Shown: positions 1 to 16,328 of the stretch, piece after piece
Layout of the letters: every line of letters starts with the position of its first letter
Numbering within the stretch: the first letter of the stretch is position 1
Source of the DNA: Coriobacteriia bacterium
GTDB lineage: Bacteria; Actinomycetota; Coriobacteriia; Anaerosomatales; SLCP01
Assembly (NCBI GenBank): GCA_030603745.1
Contig: JAUVXE010000001.1
Span: forward strand, 209,641 to 273,640
DNA length: 64,000 nt
Direction of reading: 5' to 3'
Made by a program: the position numbers and the translations under genes
Notes under the pieces: generated by a model
Seen by the model: the letters and a program-made list of their open reading frames with translations, nothing else
The model's database searches: none
What the model was told of the DNA's origin: nothing

Positions 1-57
1 CACGGGAGGCTGAGGATACGGCGACGCAGGCATAGCCGGGCCTGAGCGCTCGTCCAT
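1..57 (-). CDS. 5' end (19 codons) of a CDS running off the left edge. By position it is the next pyr-operon gene (possibly pyrF), but the product cannot be verified
   Basis: ATG at 55-57 (minus) lies 6 nt downstream of GGAGGAG and 22 nt downstream of the pyrD stop. Only MDERSGPAMPASPYPQPPV is visible. Confidence 0.4.
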   Translation of the reverse strand, partial: MDERSGPAMPASPYPQPPV

Positions 58-79
58 CGAAGACTCCTCCCCCACGTTC

Positions 80-1006
80 CTATGAGACGTCGACCGCGCC
101 GACCAGGTCGGACACGCACCCGACACCGTGAGCATGGCAGAACTCGGCGAGCCCGTCGACGATGCGTACGGTGCTCGTAGGGTCGACGAAGTTCGCCGTG
201 CCGACAGCCACCGCCGTCGCGCCCGCGAGCATGAACTCGATCGCGTCGTCGGCCGTCATGATGCCGCCCATCCCGATGACCGGGATCTCGACCGCACTCG
301 CGACCTGCCAGACCATCCGCACCGCCACCGGTTTGATCGCCGGACCGGACAGCCCGCCCACCACCCGGGCGAGCTTCGGGCGGAAGGAGCTCGTGTCGAT
401 CGCCATGCCGAGGAGCGTGTTGATGAGCGAGACCGCGTCGGCGCCTGCGGCCTCGACCGAGCGCGCGACCGACACGATGTCGGTCACGTTGGGCGAGAGC
501 TTGACGATGAGCGGGCGGGCGGTGACCGCGCGGCACGCGGCCGTCACCTCGGCGGCCGCCGCGCAGTCCGTCCCGAACGCCATGCCGCCGGCGTCGACGT
601 TCGGGCACGAGATGTTGAGCTCATAGCCCGAGACCCCCGGCTCGTCCTCGAGCGCCTCGATGACCCCGACATACCCGGCCAAGTCGTGTCCCGAGACGTT
701 GACGATCACCGGCAGCCCCGGCACGGACCCGGCGAGCCACGCGAGGTCGCGCTCGCGAAACGCCTCGACCCCGGGATTCTGCAGGCCGATCGAGTTCAGC
801 ATCCCGCTCGCGGTCTCCGCCATGCGGGGGCTCGGGTTCCCCTCCCACGGCACGAGGGAGACCCCCTTCGTGACGATCGCGCCGAGGCGCGAGAGGTCGA
901 CGAAGTCGGCGAACTCACGGCCGCTGGCGAAGGTGCCCGACGCGGTCATCACCGGGTTGGCGAGCTCGAGTCCGGCGATCTCCACCCTCAGGTCGACACT
1001 GCTCAT
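80..1006 (-). CDS. pyrD: Dihydroorotate dehydrogenase, class 1B catalytic subunit
   Basis: ORF 80-1261 trimmed to the internal ATG at 1004-1006 ([29 protein letters not shown]). Motifs GLQNPG, LNISCPN and IGMGGI are present. The discarded 85 aa are Arg/Gly-rich and overlap pyrK. Confidence 0.93.
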   Translation of the reverse strand: MSSVDLRVEIAGLELANPVMTASGTFASGREFADFVDLSRLGAIVTKGVSLVPWEGNPSPRMAETASGMLNSIGLQNPGVEAFRERDLAWLAGSVPGLPVIVNVSGHDLAGYVGVIEALEDEPGVSGYELNISCPNVDAGGMAFGTDCAAAAEVTAACRAVTARPLIVKLSPNVTDIVSVARSVEAAGADAVSLINTLLGMAIDTSSFRPKLARVVGGLSGPAIKPVAVRMVWQVASAVEIPVIGMGGIMTADDAIEFMLAGATAVAVGTANFVDPTSTVRIVDGLAEFCHAHGVGCVSDLVGAVDVS

Positions 1007-1038
1007 GACGTGTGCATCCCTTACGTTCGAGTCGAGGT

Positions 1039-1871
1039 TCAGTGTGTATCCGGGCTCTCCGCCGGGTCCCAGAGGACCTCCTCGGCGGGGAAGACCGGCC
1101 CGTCGACGCACGCGCGCCTGACGCCGCGGGTCGTGCGTACCACGCACGAGAGGCAAGCGCCGATCCCGCACGCCATGAGGCGCTCGAGCGAGACCTGACA
1201 CGGTACATCGGCGGATGCCGACTGCACCGCGACGATCCGCTGCATGACCTCCGGGCCGCACGTGTAGACCATGTCGAACGACCCCTCGGCAAGGAGTGGT
1301 TCACACACCCCGGTCACGAGCCCGCGGGCGCCGCACGACCCGTCGTCGGTGGCGGGCACGAACCGGCGGGCGACACGCTCGAAGAGCTCCCTGCCGATCA
1401 GCCGCTCCTCGCACGGCGCGCCGGCCGCGACGGTGACCGCGACCCCGCGACCCGCGAGCTCCTCGGCGAGCATGCCGAGCGGGGCGGCCCCGAGGCCTCC
1501 GGCCACGAGAAGCGCGTGAGCGATGCCCTCGGGGATCGACCAGCCGGTGCCGAGCGGGCCGAGGAGATCCATCCGGTCGCCCGGTGCCTTGTCCGCGAGC
1601 GCCCGCGTGCCCGTCCCGAGGACCTGGTAGAGGATCTCGATGCGCTCGCCGTGCGCGCGGTGCACCGAGAAGGGGCGGCGCAGCAGGAAGTCGGCGCCCC
1701 GCGCGACACGCAGGTGCACGAACTGCCCGGGCGCGACGCTCGAGGCGGCCCGCGGCGCGTCGAGGACGAGGAGCCCCACGCCCTCGGCGAGCCGCTCGTT
1801 CGCGACCACCGTGACGTTCTCGAGCGCGGGCGGGACCGCTCGGTGCGCGCACGCGCAGTCGTGACCGGTCG

Positions 1872-1875
<4 letters not shown>
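1039..1875 (-). CDS. pyrK: Dihydroorotate dehydrogenase electron-transfer subunit (FAD/2Fe-2S)
   Basis: 278 aa with an RPFS flavin motif and a C-terminal Cys cluster ([11 protein letters not shown]...C). GTG start overlaps the carB stop (GTGA), and the gene sits directly upstream of pyrD. Confidence 0.9.
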
Positions 1876-5105
<3,230 letters not shown>

Positions 5106-5114
5106 GCGCGCTCC

Positions 5115-6407
<1,293 letters not shown>

Positions 6408-7683
6408 TCAGTCGACCACCTTTCCGTTCTTGAGGGCGAACCGGCCCCCGACGAGCACGTCGGTCGCCTTTCCGAGCAGTGTAGCGCCGAGGAACGCCGA
6501 GTTCGACGACTTCGAGACGAACCACTCGCGCCGGACCTCGACGCGTGCCTCCGGATCGATGACGGTGATGTCCGCGACCGCTCCGGGCTCGAAGCGCACC
6601 TCGGGCAGTCCGAACGCGCTCCTCGGCCCGTCGGCCATCACCCGTACGAGGTCGGCCCAGTCCATGCGGCCCGGTTCGACGAGGTGCGTGATCATGAGCG
6701 AGAGCGCCGTCTCGAGCCCGGTGGTGCCGAAGGGGGCGAGTTCGAACTCGAGTTCCTTCTCGTGGGGCGCGTGCGGTGCGTGGTCGGTCGCGACGCAGTC
6801 GATGGTGCCGTCGAGCAGTGCCTCGACGAGGGCCTCGCGGTCGGCCGCCGTGCGCAGCGGCGGGTTCATCTTGAGCCCGGTCTCGTAGGCGGGAGTGATC
6901 GCGTCCTCGTCGAGGAAGAGGTGGTGCGGGGTCACCTCGGCGGTGACCGCCACGCCGCGTGCCTTCGCCGCGCGCACGAGCTCCGCCGAGCCCGCTGTCG
7001 ACAGATGCGCGAGGTGCAGGCGGCAGCCGGTGAGCTCGGCGAGCGCGATGTCGCGGGCGACCATCGTCTCCTCGGCGGCGGCCGGCTGTCCCGCCAGGCC
7101 GAGGCGGGTCGAGACGACGCCCTCGTTGACCACGCCGGAGCCGGCGAGCGACTCGTCCTCGCAGTGGCTCACCACGACCGCCCCGAACGCCTTCGCGTAG
7201 TCCATGCAGCGGCGCATCATCCCCGCGTCCTGGACCCCGCGGCCGTCGTCGCTGAAGGCGACCGCGCCCTCGGCGAGCATGTCTCCCATCTCGGCGAGCG
7301 CCTCGCCCTTCTGGCCCGCCGTGAGCGCCCCGAGGGGATGCACGCGCACCGAGCCGGTCTCCTCGGCGCGCTCCACGAGGAAACGCACCGCCGAGCCGGT
7401 GTCGCAGACAGGCGCGGTGTTGGGCATCGCGCAGACCGCCGTGAACCCGCCGTGCGCCGCCGCCCGCGTCCCGCTGGCGACCGTCTCCTTGTCCTCACGG
7501 CCGGGCTCTCGCAGGTGCGTGTGCAGGTCGACCAGTCCCGGGACCACGACCTTCTCGGCACACTCGATCGTCTGGCCCTTGGGGATGGCGAGGTCCTCGC
7601 CGATCTCGACGATCAGGCCGTCACGCACCACCATGTCGGCGACCCGGTCGATCCCGGCTTCGGGGTCGACGATCCGTCCGCCC

Positions 7684-7709
<26 letters not shown>
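6408..7709 (-). CDS. pyrC: Dihydroorotase
   Basis: 433 aa with the metal motif VDLHTHLREPG and an amidohydrolase fold. GTG start options at 7709 or 7700 overlap the pyrB 3' end. Confidence 0.93.
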
Positions 7710-9361
<1,652 letters not shown>

Positions 9362-9378
9362 GGAGTCCGGGTCGATTC

Positions 9379-11904
9379 CTAGCCCTCCGAGCCCGGACCC
9401 GCCACGGGGAGCCGCACGGTGAACACGCTCCCCTCCCCCGGCTCGCTCGAGGCGTAGATCGTGCCGCCGTGCGCTCGCACGATGTTGTAGGCGACGAACA
9501 GGCCGATCCCCATCCCCCCGAACCGGCGCGTGGAGGACATGTCGAGCTGCGTGAACCGCTCGAACAGCGCGGGGACTCGCTCGGGAGGCATCCCCTCACC
9601 CTGGTCCGCGATCGAGATCACCACCCCGTCCTGGGCCGAGGACACCTCGATCCGCACCTCCCCGCCGTCAGGCGAGTACTTGACCGCGTTGTCGAGCAGG
9701 TTGCCGAGCGCGCGGCGGAGCTTGGGCGCGTCACAGACCACGGCGGGAGGCGCGTCGGCGCTCTCGACGGTGAAGGTGTGGCGGTTCGTCGTCGGCAGGT
9801 CGGAGAGCGATTCCGCCACAAGACCGGGCAGATCGCACTCGGCGAGCTCGAGCCGCACGCCCTCGGCCTCCATCTGAGTGACCTCGAGCAGACGCTCCAC
9901 GAGGTCGTGCATCCGCGCGGCGTTCTCGCGCAGCTTCGAAAGCGCGGTGTCGGCCGGCGGGACGAGCGTGTCGGCGGCGCTCTTGGCGAGGAGGTCGGCG
10001 TAGCCGATCACGCTCGTGAGCGGGGTGCGGAGCTCGTGGGAGACCACCGCGGTGAAGTCGGCCTTCAGCTGCTCGAGCTCCCGACGTTCGGTGAGGTCCT
10101 GCTTGACGATGACCACGTGCCCGATCCGGCCCCGCTCGTCGGGGACCGGCGCTATCGTGACGTCCTCGAGGTAGACGGCGCCGTCCTTGCGGGTGTTCGC
10201 GAACTCCCCGCGCCAGGTCGAACCGGAGCTGACCGTCTCCCACGCCTCGCGGTAGAGCGGCTCGCGGTAGAGCGACGCCTCGCCCTCGGGCTCGGCGAAC
10301 AGGTCGCGGCCACGCACCTCGGCAGCAGTGAACCCGGTCAGCGCCGTGAACGCGCGATTCACCCAGCTCACCCGTCCGTCGACCGTGGCGATGACGATTC
10401 CGTTGCCGGCGGACTCGAGCGCGGCCGACTGCAGGGCGACCTGACGACGGCCCTCGGCCACGAGCAGCCCGATGGCGACGCGGTCGGCCAGCCGTCGCAA
10501 CATCTCGCCCCGGAAGCCGTCGAACGCGCCGGCACGTCGACCCACCAGGCCGATGGCCCCGATCGTGACCCCGTGGGCCCTGAGCGGGACCGCGGCCGCG
10601 CTCTCGGCGCCGAACCGGGACAGCTCCGCCGCCCCCTCGGCGACGCGGACGTCGTCGGCGGTCACCACGGTGAGCGCGTCGGCGTCCATCGCCGCATGCA
10701 CGGGGCAGACCGTGTCGGGCGCCACGCCGTGCGCGAGGTCCTCGAAGTGGCCAGCGAGCGGGCCCGCGAGCGCGTGGAGCGCGAGGCCGGATCCGCCCTC
10801 TTCGCGCCTGACGACGAACGCGAGCAGGAACCCGAACTCTGCGACGAGCCGCTCACACGCCACGTCGAGCACCTCGGACTCGGGCCTGTCGAGGAGCACG
10901 GCGAGGTCGATGCGCGCCATCGCCCGCTCGACGGCGGCCGCCGAGACGCGGTCGGTGACGTCGATGCCGAACATGAGCACTCCGTCGGGACGGCCGTCCG
11001 CGTCCACGCTGACCGTGCCCGACCACTCGAGGACCCGCTGCTCGCCCTCCCGGGTCTCGATGGCGCCCACGTACCGGGTCGTGGTGCCGGTCTCGAGCAG
11101 ACGGGACACCTCGGCGCGGCGCATCTCCCGGAGCTCCTCCGGGACGAAGCGCTCGAAGTAGGGCGTGCCGAGCACGTCGCTGGCGGGCCAACCCGAGATC
11201 CGCTCCGCGCCGGGGCTGAAGAGGCGGATGCGGGACTCCCGGTCGAGACCGAGGATGAAGACGTGTGCGGTGTCGATGACGCGAGCCGTGAAGTCGCGTT
11301 CGCTGCGCAGCTCTTCCTCGCGCAGGCGACGCTCGGCGACCTCGGCGTTGAGTTCGCCGATGAGCCCCCGCTTGACCTCGACCTCCTCGCCGAGAGCCTG
11401 CATCGTCGACTCGAGCATCACGTTGGCCCGCTCGAGGTCGGCGACCTTCTCCTCGAGCTTGTGGACGAGGCGCTCGTTGTACTCGCGGAGCACCGCGGTC
11501 TCGTCGGCCGTCGACGGGCGGCGCGGGACGAGGCGCTCACCCCGCTGGGCCACCTCGGCGACCATGCCGAGCAGCACCTCCGCGTCGACCGGCTTGCTCA
11601 GGAACCCGTCGACGCCGAGGTCGAGAGCGAACTTCTCGTCGGCCGGGTCGGTGTAGGAGGCGGTGTAGAAGATGATCGGGACCTGGCAGAGCACGGGATC
11701 GGCCTTCCACTCCCGCGCGAGCTGATAGCCGTCCATCCGCGGCATGAGGATGTCGGAGAGCACCGCGTCGGGCGGCTCGGCACGCGCCTTCTCGAGCGCG
11801 TCGACGCCGTCGACCGCCGTCTCGACCCGGTGACCGACGCTGCCGAGGATGGAGGCTGCCAGGTGACGGCCGGCCTCATCGTCGTCGACGACCAGTACCC
11901 GCAT
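9379..11904 (-). CDS. Hybrid sensor: N-terminal receiver, coiled coil, PAS, GAF-like, PAS, HisKA, HATPase_c
   Basis: 841 aa. Receiver motifs are DDD, DILMPRMDG and LSKPVD. The H-box is SHELRTPLTSVIGYADLL, and the G-boxes are DQGEGM and GGMGIGL. ATG is preceded by GGGGGGAG. Confidence 0.9.
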   Translation of the reverse strand: MRVLVVDDDEAGRHLAASILGSVGHRVETAVDGVDALEKARAEPPDAVLSDILMPRMDGYQLAREWKADPVLCQVPIIFYTASYTDPADEKFALDLGVDGFLSKPVDAEVLLGMVAEVAQRGERLVPRRPSTADETAVLREYNERLVHKLEEKVADLERANVMLESTMQALGEEVEVKRGLIGELNAEVAERRLREEELRSERDFTARVIDTAHVFILGLDRESRIRLFSPGAERISGWPASDVLGTPYFERFVPEELREMRRAEVSRLLETGTTTRYVGAIETREGEQRVLEWSGTVSVDADGRPDGVLMFGIDVTDRVSAAAVERAMARIDLAVLLDRPESEVLDVACERLVAEFGFLLAFVVRREEGGSGLALHALAGPLAGHFEDLAHGVAPDTVCPVHAAMDADALTVVTADDVRVAEGAAELSRFGAESAAAVPLRAHGVTIGAIGLVGRRAGAFDGFRGEMLRRLADRVAIGLLVAEGRRQVALQSAALESAGNGIVIATVDGRVSWVNRAFTALTGFTAAEVRGRDLFAEPEGEASLYREPLYREAWETVSSGSTWRGEFANTRKDGAVYLEDVTIAPVPDERGRIGHVVIVKQDLTERRELEQLKADFTAVVSHELRTPLTSVIGYADLLAKSAADTLVPPADTALSKLRENAARMHDLVERLLEVTQMEAEGVRLELAECDLPGLVAESLSDLPTTNRHTFTVESADAPPAVVCDAPKLRRALGNLLDNAVKYSPDGGEVRIEVSSAQDGVVISIADQGEGMPPERVPALFERFTQLDMSSTRRFGGMGIGLFVAYNIVRAHGGTIYASSEPGEGSVFTVRLPVAGPGSEG

Positions 11905-11922
11905 GACGCTCCCCCCGAGAGG

Positions 11923-12285
11923 TCAGGGTAGATAGGCCTCGACTTCCGAGACGAACCGCTCGGGGTCGATGGGCTTGGAGATGTAGCCGTCGCACCCCGC
12001 CTGCAGGATCGCCTCGCGATCGCCTTTCATCGAGTAGGCGGTGAGCGCGACCACTTTCAGCGACGGGCCCGGATCCTTCTTGAGCAGCCGCGTGGCCTCG
12101 TAGCCGTCCATCCGGGGCAGGAGCATGTCCATCAGCACGAGGTCCGGCGACTCCGCACGCGCGACAGAGACGGCGGCCTCCCCGTCGGTCGCCACGAGTA
12201 CCTCGTGGCCGCTCTTCTCGAGCAGGAACTTCACGAGGTAGAGATTCTGCGGGTCGTCCTCGACGATCAGAATGCGAGCAGCCAT
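11923..12285 (-). CDS. Single-domain (CheY-like) response regulator
   Basis: 120 aa, MAARILIVEDD...LVLMDMLLPRMDGYE...ISKPID. It has no output domain. Confidence 0.92.
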   Translation of the reverse strand: MAARILIVEDDPQNLYLVKFLLEKSGHEVLVATDGEAAVSVARAESPDLVLMDMLLPRMDGYEATRLLKKDPGPSLKVVALTAYSMKGDREAILQAGCDGYISKPIDPERFVSEVEAYLP

Positions 12286-12365
12286 CCATCTCCCCCTTGC
12301 AGGCGGCCTCCGCGGAGGCGCCCTTCAAGACTATCCGTACTGTACCGCAACGCCTCGGTGCTTTC

Positions 12366-14198
<1,833 letters not shown>

Positions 14199-14241
14199 GG
14201 GACCTCCCTACCTGTACCGAGTTTGTTCCCCCGACGCGCGC

Positions 14242-15270
14242 TCAGCGCTCACCCCGTTCGCGCTCGACCCCGGCGATCCGGCCGAACACCTCGTCGCCGG
14301 CCTCGGTCCTGCCCATCGAGTCTGGCTCGAGCTCCCGGAGCACCCGCGAGAGGTCGGCCGAGGGCGCGTCGGTGAACTCGAGCCGCTCCCCGGTGATCGG
14401 ATGGTCGAGTTCGAGGCGGTAGGCGTGCAGGAACTGTCGCGTGAGCCCGCGGTCGGCCTTGACCTTGCGCTGGCCGTAGAGCTGGTCCCCCACCACCGCA
14501 TGCTCGATGTAGGCCATATGCACCCTGATCTGATGGGTCCTGCCCGTGTAGAGCTTGCACTCCACGAGCGTGTACCCGTCGTCGTGCGTGCCCGCGAGGT
14601 AGCGCTCAAGGACCCTGAAGGTGGTAACGGACTGCCGCGCCGAGGGCGAGTCGACCACCGCCATGCGCTTGCGGTCCCGCTGGTCCCGGCCGAGGGGGGC
14701 GTCGATGAGCCCCGAGTCCGGCGCGATGTAGCCGTGCACGAGCGCGAGGTAGCGGCGGTCGATCGCCCGGATCTTGATCGCCTCGGAGAGCGCGGCCTGG
14801 GCCCGGTCGTTCTTGGCGACCATCATCAGGCCGGTGGTGTCCTTGTCGAGCCGGTGCACGATCCCCGGCCGCTCCTCGCCCTGCAGGGAGCCGAGCGTGC
14901 CGCCACAGTGGGCGAGCAGGGCATGCACGAGCGTGCCTGTCCAGTTCCCCTGCGCGGGGTGCACCACGAGGTCCGCCTGCTTCGAGAGCACGATCATGTG
15001 CTCGTCCTCGTAGCGGATGTCGAGCGGGATATCCTCGGGCTCGAGGTCGCATCCCTCGGGCGGCGGGATCTCGAACGACACCTGCTCGCCCGCCCTCACG
15101 GTGTGCCGCTTGGCCGCGATGGCGCCGTTGACGCGGACGTACCCGCCCTCGATGAGCCGTGAGGCCGCGCTCCGCGACACGAGGGCCTCGTGCTGGCCGA
15201 GGAACGCGTCGAGCCGCTGCCCGGCGTCCTCGCCCCTCACCGTGACCTCGTACCGGCCCTGGTCACCCAT
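14242..15270 (-). CDS. rluD: 23S rRNA pseudouridine synthase, RluD/RluA family
   Basis: 342 aa with an S4-like N-terminus and the catalytic motif HRLDKDTTGLMMVAK. It overlaps the lspA stop by 8 nt. Confidence 0.9.
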   Translation of the reverse strand: MGDQGRYEVTVRGEDAGQRLDAFLGQHEALVSRSAASRLIEGGYVRVNGAIAAKRHTVRAGEQVSFEIPPPEGCDLEPEDIPLDIRYEDEHMIVLSKQADLVVHPAQGNWTGTLVHALLAHCGGTLGSLQGEERPGIVHRLDKDTTGLMMVAKNDRAQAALSEAIKIRAIDRRYLALVHGYIAPDSGLIDAPLGRDQRDRKRMAVVDSPSARQSVTTFRVLERYLAGTHDDGYTLVECKLYTGRTHQIRVHMAYIEHAVVGDQLYGQRKVKADRGLTRQFLHAYRLELDHPITGERLEFTDAPSADLSRVLRELEPDSMGRTEAGDEVFGRIAGVERERGER

Positions 15271-15847
15271 GGTCCGGCCCCTCGGGTGCGGACGGTCCCG
15301 TCGGATCGCCGCAGCGCGGCCCCGCAGGGTCCTGCGCGACCGAACCCTCTCCGCGCTCCTCGATGGGCGCGAAGAGCGCCCACAGGAAGAGCCCTGCGGC
15401 GCCCACGACCACGCCGATGTCCGCTATGTTGAACACCGGCCAGAACCGGACATCGAAGAAGTCCGTGACCCTGCCCGCCACGACGCGGTCGATGAGGTTG
15501 CCGATCGCTCCCCCGGCCACGAGGCCGAGCGACACGGACAGAAGGATCCCGCGGGGCCGCGCCCGCCACCAGTAGAGCGCGATCGCGAGCAGCACGAGCG
15601 AGGTCGTCACGATGAACAGGCTCTGCTTGCCCGGCATGAGACCGAACGCAGCGCCGGTGTTCCTCACGTACGTCAGGTGGAAGACGTCCTCGATGAGGGG
15701 GATCGACTGCGACGGATGCATCGAGGCCCGGACGGCGATCTTGGTGACCTGGTCGAGGAGGAGCGTCACGCCGAGCACGCCGAGGAGCAGCGCGCCGGGG
15801 TGGCGCGACTCTACCGCGACTCCTCTGCTGCCTTGCACGTGATACAC
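15263..15847 (-). CDS. lspA: Lipoprotein signal peptidase II
   Basis: Motifs NTGAAFG and FNIADIGV with 4 TM segments. The start is uncertain: GTG at 15847 or 15838, and both overlap the 3' end of the upstream gene. Confidence 0.88.
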   Translation of the reverse strand: MYHVQGSRGVAVESRHPGALLLGVLGVTLLLDQVTKIAVRASMHPSQSIPLIEDVFHLTYVRNTGAAFGLMPGKQSLFIVTTSLVLLAIALYWWRARPRGILLSVSLGLVAGGAIGNLIDRVVAGRVTDFFDVRFWPVFNIADIGVVVGAAGLFLWALFAPIEERGEGSVAQDPAGPRCGDPTGPSAPEGPDHG

Positions 15848-16176
15848 AGTGTCGCGGTGGGCATGGCACGAAGCCGCTCGTCGCCGATCTCGGCGCCGCA
15901 GCGTTCGCAGATGTGGTAGTCTCCCGCCTCCATGCGTCCGAGCGCATGGCGGACGGCCGCGAGCGCCTCGCGGCTGTTCTCCTCGAGCGTCATGTCGAGC
16001 TCGCGCGCGAAGGTCGCCGTGCCCTGATCGGCCATATGGTCGCGGTAGTTGTTCTCGCCGCTCGCCTCCGAGAGCGCCTCGTGACCCTCGCGCTCGATCG
16101 TGGCGACCTCGTCCTCGAGCCGTGCCAGCTCGGCCTCGAGGAAGATCTGCAGCTGGTCCTTCGTTGCCTGGTCCAT
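15811..16176 (-). CDS. DksA/TraR-family C4 zinc-finger protein (positional equivalent of B. subtilis ylyA)
   Basis: ORF trimmed to ATG 16174-16176, which is preceded by GGAGGTGAG. The 121-aa product has a coiled-coil N-half and CERCGAEIGDERL...CITC. Confidence 0.85.
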   Translation of the reverse strand: MDQATKDQLQIFLEAELARLEDEVATIEREGHEALSEASGENNYRDHMADQGTATFARELDMTLEENSREALAAVRHALGRMEAGDYHICERCGAEIGDERLRAMPTATLCITCKAAEESR

Positions 16177-16212
16177 CGCGGTCTCACCTCCGAGACTCGG
16201 CGGTATCGCAAA

Positions 16213-16232
16213 GCGCCCGGCACACCGGGCGC
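16213..16232 (-). terminator. GC-rich stem-loop in the ileS-dksA-like spacer (attenuator or 5' UTR structure)
   Basis: GCGCCCGG-UGUG-CCGGGCGC forms a perfect 8-bp stem, followed on the minus strand by UUUGCGAU. It lies 37 nt upstream of the dksA-like ATG. Confidence 0.4.
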
Positions 16233-16258
16233 TCGTTTCTCCTGGTTCGAGTATACAC

Positions 16259-16290
16259 GAGGGGCCCGGAGCTTGTGACCCGGACCCCTC
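16259..16290 (-). terminator. Probable ileS terminator hairpin
   Basis: GAGGGGUCCGG-N10-CCGGGCCCCUC pairs at 10 of 11 positions and lies 39 nt downstream of the ileS stop. There is no clear U-tract. Confidence 0.45.
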
Positions 16291-16328
16291 GTGAAGCGTT
16301 GCGGCGACCGTGGGCGCCCTGACCGCCT

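Noticed and set aside
12306-12319. Palindrome GCCTCCGCGGAGGC between the PAS kinase gene and the CheY-like gene, considered as an attenuator.
   Set aside because: It offers only a 5-bp stem once a loop is allowed, which is too weak and too short to distinguish from chance in GC-rich DNA.
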